Position numbers and translations under genes: made by a program. From a virus (Duplodnaviria; Heunggongvirae; Uroviricota; Caudoviricetes), in the IMG/VR virus record IMGVR_UViG_3300020045_008999, positions 448,001 to 512,000 of that record: a stretch of 64,000 nt of DNA; one strand, written 5' to 3'. The notes beneath the pieces are model-generated. The model made no database searches. It was not told the origin of the DNA and saw nothing but the letters and a program-made list of their open reading frames with translations. Of the stretch, positions 59,393 to 64,000 are shown piece after piece. Position 1 is the first letter of the stretch; each line of letters begins with the position of its first letter.

Positions 59393-61194
59393 TGAAGTAT
59401 ATTAAAAAATTTATTAAAATCAATGAGTCTATTGATCATTTATTACCAGAAGAGGGTGGATATGCTAAACTAGGCTATCAAGAACACGGTTTATTCAGCA
59501 TCAGTTACCCAATTGATTACCAATACGATCTTCGTAGTGATATTTTAATGGATTCAATCAAAACCATGGCCGCGTTATGTGGTGATCCAGATTACCAATC
59601 AAGGACACATCTACCTCGCTTGGTATACAAGATTAATCATGATGAATCCTATGTAGATTTAAAGATGCATATGGATAATTGGATCGTTGTGACCAATCAA
59701 TATAGGGATGAGAATCATTATTTTATATGCGATGGTGAAGAAGGACTGAGTAAATTCATCAAACATTGGAATTATAATATTAGAAATAATAAAAACAATT
59801 TAACAATTTTAGAATCAGTTGACTACTTATTACCACCGGACAACAGTTACACCAGAGTAGGTGATACCAGATTTGCTGAATTTGTAAAAGAATACCCTTA
59901 TATAGAAGACGATACGTTAACACCAGAATTGAAAGATGTGATGCGAGTAATATATGAAAAATGTAGTGATGAAAATGCACATCTATCAAAGCGTGAAGCA
60001 TTATGTTCATATGTGACACCAAGTGAAAATCTATGGATTACTGCAACCGCCTCTGCACATACTGATAACTGGTATTCAATTAAATTTAAACTCGATAGTA
60101 TATATGTAAATCATGCGGCATATTACATTTGTGATGGTATTTCGGGTCTGGAAGAATTCTCACAGGACTGGACCGGATCACACCTTATACAAATTGACGA
60201 AAGTGTCTCTTATCTACCAGAAGGATCTTATTCGAAACTAGATGAAACCGACTTATTAAATTTCATAAATACCTATGGGAAACCACGTATCAATTTAGAG
60301 CTAATGGCGGAATTCAAATCTTATCTAAATACTAATGATATTATAATTATAGACCAAATATCTAGGAATGAGATTATCATAGTAGTACATGGTATGAAAA
60401 TAGCAACTAGTATTTCAGAACATACTGATATGTGGATTTCCATCGTTTATGGTAAAGATTTTTATATTTGTGATCAAGAAGCGGGAATGTATGAGTTATT
60501 CGATATGTTATTCAATAATCGTGTTTTAGAAAACGCTTCTTATTTACCAACCGGATTGTACTCAGAAATTAATGCAGATGATTGGACTAATTTCTTACTA
60601 ACATTTGGTACTGGTGACGTTGATAAACATACGATCGATACATTACTAGTTTATGCTAAAAGTATTGACATAGAACCAACTATTAAAAGCTATAATTATG
60701 GTTTCACACGACCAAATGGCGAACAGTTTTACGCAAGCGTATACAAACATGATGATCACTGGATAAGTGTACTAACATCCGATCGTGGCTTATTTTTATG
60801 TGACCAAGAAGATGGAATGATTGCTCTTTTCAGAGATGTTTTAATGCCAAATGAAAAAAATAACGAAACAATGATAACAGAAAGTATAGAAGACGACGTA
60901 GAAGATGGTAGCTATTTAGAAATTGATAGCGACGATGTTTTAAAAATATGGAAAGATTATGGACCATCGTCTTTTGATATAACTGAAATTGAACAATTAG
61001 CAGATACACTTGGTAAGGAATATTCAATCAATCGTTTTGAAAAAGGTAATATAATAACAATATATAGTCATTCACGACACGAGTCCTCACAGGTGTGTAA
61101 ATTCGATGATGGTTGGTTCATTTGTAATAATGAACCAGATGCAAATTTCCTTTGTGATCAAATTGCGGGTGTGATTCAATTTATTAAATTATAA
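59392..61194 (+). CDS. Family B paralog (5 domains)
   Basis: MKYIKKFIKINES; internal ILES, IDES, VLEN, ITES; CD(G/Q) five times. Confidence 0.8.
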   Translation: MKYIKKFIKINESIDHLLPEEGGYAKLGYQEHGLFSISYPIDYQYDLRSDILMDSIKTMAALCGDPDYQSRTHLPRLVYKINHDESYVDLKMHMDNWIVVTNQYRDENHYFICDGEEGLSKFIKHWNYNIRNNKNNLTILESVDYLLPPDNSYTRVGDTRFAEFVKEYPYIEDDTLTPELKDVMRVIYEKCSDENAHLSKREALCSYVTPSENLWITATASAHTDNWYSIKFKLDSIYVNHAAYYICDGISGLEEFSQDWTGSHLIQIDESVSYLPEGSYSKLDETDLLNFINTYGKPRINLELMAEFKSYLNTNDIIIIDQISRNEIIIVVHGMKIATSISEHTDMWISIVYGKDFYICDQEAGMYELFDMLFNNRVLENASYLPTGLYSEINADDWTNFLLTFGTGDVDKHTIDTLLVYAKSIDIEPTIKSYNYGFTRPNGEQFYASVYKHDDHWISVLTSDRGLFLCDQEDGMIALFRDVLMPNEKNNETMITESIEDDVEDGSYLEIDSDDVLKIWKDYGPSSFDITEIEQLADTLGKEYSINRFEKGNIITIYSHSRHESSQVCKFDDGWFICNNEPDANFLCDQIAGVIQFIKL

Positions 61195-61195
61195 T

Positions 61196-61226
61196 AAAAA
61201 GAGAGAAACCTTCGGTTTCTCTCTTT
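61196..61226. terminator. Bidirectional terminator with UUCG loop
   Basis: AAAGAGAGAAACC-TTCG-GTTTCTCTCTTT between the family B operon and the tRNA 3' end. Confidence 0.85.
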
Positions 61227-61230
61227 CTAG

Positions 61231-61302
61231 TTACGATACTAGGGCTCAAACCTAGGATGAGTGCGCCAAAAGCACTTGTGTTATCAACTACACCATATCG
61301 CA
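61231..61302 (-). tRNA. tRNA-Gln (anticodon UUG); CCA not encoded
   Basis: TGCGATA/TATCGTA acceptor (U1-A72), GTGT/ACAC D stem, AGTGC-TTTTGGC-GCACT anticodon arm, CTAGG-TTTGAGC-CCTAG T arm; 72 nt. Confidence 0.9.
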
Positions 61303-61304
61303 AT

Positions 61305-61338
61305 AAAAAACCAGCCAATTCAAGTGAACTAGCTGGTA
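61305..61338 (-). terminator. Attenuator terminator (3:4 helix) immediately upstream of tRNA-Gln
   Basis: ACCAGCTAGTTC-ACTT-GAATTGGCTGG followed by T6; the tRNA starts 2 nt after the U tract. Confidence 0.8.
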
Positions 61339-61365
61339 AAAAAGTAAATTAGTTTATAAATAATA

Positions 61366-61446
61366 CTAATACATATAACAGACTAGATCAGATTGTACAA
61401 TCTGTCTACTCTGGATCGATAATAATATATTATTAATATTTTTCAT
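61366..61446 (-). CDS. Putative attenuator leader peptide MKNINNILLSIQSRQIVQSDLVCYMY (3 Gln codons)
   Basis: 26-codon ORF starting 4 nt after TTTATATATA (61451-61460); CAG, CAG and CAA lie in a hairpin that competes with the antiterminator. Confidence 0.65.
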   Translation of the reverse strand: MKNINNILLSIQSRQIVQSDLVCYMY

Positions 61447-61494
61447 AATGTATATATAAAATTTCACAGCTTCCTATTTGATTATTTACGATTT

Positions 61495-61704
61495 TTACAG
61501 TTCATTTATGGATATTTCCATAACATATTCGTATTTATCTTCAATCACAACACCGGAAACCAGATTATAATAGAATACTTTAAATTCTTCCCCATTTCTG
61601 ATAAAAGTAAAACCGGTATACTCACCAACACTGGTACTAATTATCCCCACATCAGTAGTGCATGTGAAAAGTTGCTTAGATTTTTTATAAAAATTGTAGA
61701 TCAT
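61495..61704 (-). CDS. Small hypothetical protein
   Basis: 69 aa ORF. Confidence 0.5.
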   Translation of the reverse strand: MIYNFYKKSKQLFTCTTDVGIISTSVGEYTGFTFIRNGEEFKVFYYNLVSGVVIEDKYEYVMEISINEL

Positions 61705-61741
61705 TTTGTTATATTAAGATTAATTCTTGATTATTATTGTA

Positions 61742-62665
61742 TTAAATAATAACAGGAAATTCATCTTTTATACGGATACCGCCTTTAACAGTAATGTTCT
61801 TTCTATACTTGTTCCAGCCCGCAATGGTAAGTCTGATTTTATCAGCATGCGTGATTGAACGACCTTTATCCATTTTAGCATTAGATAACCTATTTCTCAC
61901 TGCTAAAATTGGGGACCCACTTGCCAAACCATCACCAACCATTAATTTGGTCAAAAAAACTTCGGCCATTACTGGATCTTTTTCTGAAAACAAATAATGT
62001 AAACCAGCAACAATACCATTTTCCAATATTGCAACCTGGTTGTTTTTAGGTAAATTGGTCTGGAAATCAACACTATCAAACAATTTAGGAATTTGTTTAA
62101 TATACCCCGCGATGTTGTGGTTCTTTAAGGTAACATGCCCCGATGTAGCAGACTTTGAATTGTTCAACGAATTGTTTTTATACTTAAAGATAAAATTGGC
62201 AGTATTACTTACCAATCTAGGGGTACTGTGTCCCGCAATTTCAGTCACATCAACAAGCGTTCGTATTTTTCCTTGGTCCATATCGTCACATGTTGCCGGA
62301 TCATAACCAATAGAAACTCGGAATGTACTAGTTACCCCAGACATTATAATTGCTCTCAATCGATGTTGGCCATTATTCATGAATCCATCCCAATCAAAAT
62401 GTATTGGATCATTGTAAAATCGCCAAGTACCGTTAAGCATAGCTGCGGCAAATTGTTTAACAAATTGGTTGTTCAGTTTACGATTGTTCTTGATATTACT
62501 CCCTATTAAGGTTTGTGCCAATTCAGGTGTGATTGAAATTGTCATTGAAGTAATTGTAACACCACCAATTACTTCAATACTTGTTGAACATCCCTGTGCC
62601 AAATGTCCCGATAACAAAGTTGTCAATTCTAACATTTTGTTGCCATTTAAATTTGTATTACTCAT
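61742..62665 (-). CDS. ParB/Srx-like N-terminal domain protein (DGQHR-type)
   Basis: NNRKL...V..FA.AM..GTW, I.FD.DG...NGQHRLRAI, DQGK.R. Confidence 0.7.
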   Translation of the reverse strand: MSNTNLNGNKMLELTTLLSGHLAQGCSTSIEVIGGVTITSMTISITPELAQTLIGSNIKNNRKLNNQFVKQFAAAMLNGTWRFYNDPIHFDWDGFMNNGQHRLRAIIMSGVTSTFRVSIGYDPATCDDMDQGKIRTLVDVTEIAGHSTPRLVSNTANFIFKYKNNSLNNSKSATSGHVTLKNHNIAGYIKQIPKLFDSVDFQTNLPKNNQVAILENGIVAGLHYLFSEKDPVMAEVFLTKLMVGDGLASGSPILAVRNRLSNAKMDKGRSITHADKIRLTIAGWNKYRKNITVKGGIRIKDEFPVII

Positions 62666-62683
62666 ATTTATAAATGTTTGTTT

Positions 62684-62699
62684 TTAGCAATATTGCTAA
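62684..62699. promoter_or_regulatory. 16-bp perfect palindrome (operator/parS-like) between promoter and start of the ParB-like gene
   Basis: TTAGCAATATTGCTAA; TATTTTTG promoter at 62710-62717 on the minus strand. Confidence 0.45.
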
Positions 62700-62753
62700 G
62701 TTAAGATTACAAAAATAGTTAATTTTATTCATATAATTATTTTTATTTATAAA

Positions 62754-63005
62754 TTAATATGTTAAAATTTCTTCAATGATAATTTTTCGATAATACATTT
62801 TAAAATCCGGTGATATATCCCTGAATTCACGCAGTATTAATAGAATAAATTCTGTATCATTTTCAGAACTTGTATAATTCATACATAGTGTTAGATATTT
62901 ATTAAGATTATCGTTGCTAATTCCAATTATTGAATAATAAATAGATTTGACAAGTAATTCATCTTTTATTACCTCATACATTTTAGTAATTTCCGCTGAC
63001 GTCAT
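62754..63005 (-). CDS. Family D small protein with C-terminal motif
   Basis: FRDISPDFKMYYRKIIIEEILTY. Confidence 0.6.
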   Translation of the reverse strand: MTSAEITKMYEVIKDELLVKSIYYSIIGISNDNLNKYLTLCMNYTSSENDTEFILLILREFRDISPDFKMYYRKIIIEEILTY

Positions 63006-63013
63006 TAGATTCT

Positions 63014-63379
63014 CTATTTTAAAATATCATTAATTACTGAGTATCGATGTATATTGCGTAAGGTTGATATATCTTTCATGTACAACAATATAATTTCATC
63101 AATATGAGTTTTTAAATATCTATACTTAGCCATTTGTTCCCAACTATTATCAGTCAGTACCCATGCTCTGAATATATAGTATTTTATAAAACGATCGTGA
63201 TTCGAAAAATTATTATTATTATTTTCATAAGTATTTACTAGATCAGAAATAGTGTCACATCTTTCAAAACATAAAAGAATTTTAACACGATGTGTTTTTG
63301 ATATACAACGCCATCTGAGATAATTAATTGACTGTCTAAATAAATCATGTACCATTATTTTTAATGCTATTATTTTCAT
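63014..63379 (-). CDS. Family D small protein with C-terminal motif
   Basis: YMKDISTLRNIHRYSVINDILK. Confidence 0.6.
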   Translation of the reverse strand: MKIIALKIMVHDLFRQSINYLRWRCISKTHRVKILLCFERCDTISDLVNTYENNNNNFSNHDRFIKYYIFRAWVLTDNSWEQMAKYRYLKTHIDEIILLYMKDISTLRNIHRYSVINDILK

Positions 63380-63615
63380 TTTATTATTTTAGCAATAAGC
63401 ATACTTCTCAACAAAATTTTAAATTCCGGTATATCCTCCTTGAAAGCTATCAGCATAAATTCGATGTAGAAGCGTAATTTTTCATCATCTTTACTATTGA
63501 TGAGTAAAGATGATGAAAAATTATCCCATCTGGTGTTACCAACCTCGTAAGTATGATTACTATAATATTCAAATATTATTTTAGTTATATGTGCTTGTGT
63601 TGTTCCTAAACCCAT
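63376..63615 (-). CDS. Family D small protein with C-terminal motif
   Basis: FKEDIPEFKILLRSMLIAKIIK. Confidence 0.6.
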   Translation of the reverse strand: MGLGTTQAHITKIIFEYYSNHTYEVGNTRWDNFSSSLLINSKDDEKLRFYIEFMLIAFKEDIPEFKILLRSMLIAKIIK

Positions 63616-63947
63616 TATCCTAATAATGTAGTAATTGCTTCATTTCGTTTTTTATTCTTAAACTCCGGTATGTCATGTTTGTATAATTCCATTATGTGTG
63701 AAGTTGTATGTACATATTGAGCATAATCAAATTTACCACATGGTAAGCTATTAAGATATTCAATAAAGATTTCCCGACGAGTTAAATCATTTGATAGTGG
63801 TACGACTTTATAATATTCAAATACCACAGAAACCACATGATTATACTCACTAAGTACTTTTGATACATCCCTCCTTTGTGATCTAGTTTTAAAATTTATA
63901 AAAAGAATTATAATATTTATAGCTATTATTATACCGTAAACAATCAT
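63615..63947 (-). CDS. Family D membrane-anchored protein with C-terminal motif
   Basis: N-terminal TM helix; YKHDIPEFKNKKRNEAITTLLG. Confidence 0.6.
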   Translation of the reverse strand: MIVYGIIIAINIIILFINFKTRSQRRDVSKVLSEYNHVVSVVFEYYKVVPLSNDLTRREIFIEYLNSLPCGKFDYAQYVHTTSHIMELYKHDIPEFKNKKRNEAITTLLG

Positions 63948-64000
63948 TTATTACCTATGATTTCATTAATAATTCGTTCTCTGTGAGCTTCTTTAAATTT
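63944..64000 (-). CDS. 3' end of a further motif-bearing protein (partial)
   Basis: ...KFKEAHRERIINEIIGNK-stop; ATGA overlap with the next gene. Confidence 0.55.
   Translation of the reverse strand, partial: KFKEAHRERIINEIIGNK

Noticed and set aside
49766-61194. Diversity-generating retroelement or CRISPR array as the source of the repeats
   Set aside because: No reverse transcriptase, no adenine-specific TR/VR pair and no identical spaced DNA repeats were seen. The repeats are protein-level paralogs.
1-64000. Stop-codon reassignment (TAG to Gln), as in some huge phages
   Set aside because: Long genes are intact in code 11, TAG ends several genes cleanly (e.g. 18049, 37533, 55081), and the tRNA anticodon is UUG, not CUA.

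Overview
AT-rich segment of a very large (jumbo/huge) T4-like tailed phage, most likely infecting Bacteroidota, judged from TAnnTTTG host-type promoters and A-rich, Shine-Dalgarno-less translation starts. Standard genetic code. Recognisable genes: a gp21-like prohead protease (partial, missed by the ORF track), RecA/UvsX, SbcC/gp46, NAD-dependent DNA ligase, a TV-Pol-like family A polymerase, an ECF-type sigma factor, ClpP, M16 peptidase, DnaJ, thioredoxin, SmpB, an S1-domain protein, DNA methyltransferase, Nudix, HD, 2H and ART enzymes, large virion/tail proteins and one tRNA-Gln. Three patterns stand out. (1) The tRNA-Gln gene sits directly behind what looks like a complete classical ribosome-mediated attenuator: a Gln-codon leader peptide plus mutually exclusive 1:2, 2:3 and 3:4 helices, suggesting tRNA made on demand when Gln-tRNA is depleted. 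(2) Two expanded paralog arrays (11 and 10 domain copies) encode putative capsid-packaged polyproteins. Each starts with a T4 internal-protein-like targeting peptide, and a prohead-protease-type x-x-E site precedes every domain. (3) About 15 mostly unrelated small proteins share a mostly C-terminal R-x3-I-x2-[IL]-[ILV] motif, suggesting a common docking or adaptor system. All functional calls come from motif reading by eye; no database searches were run.
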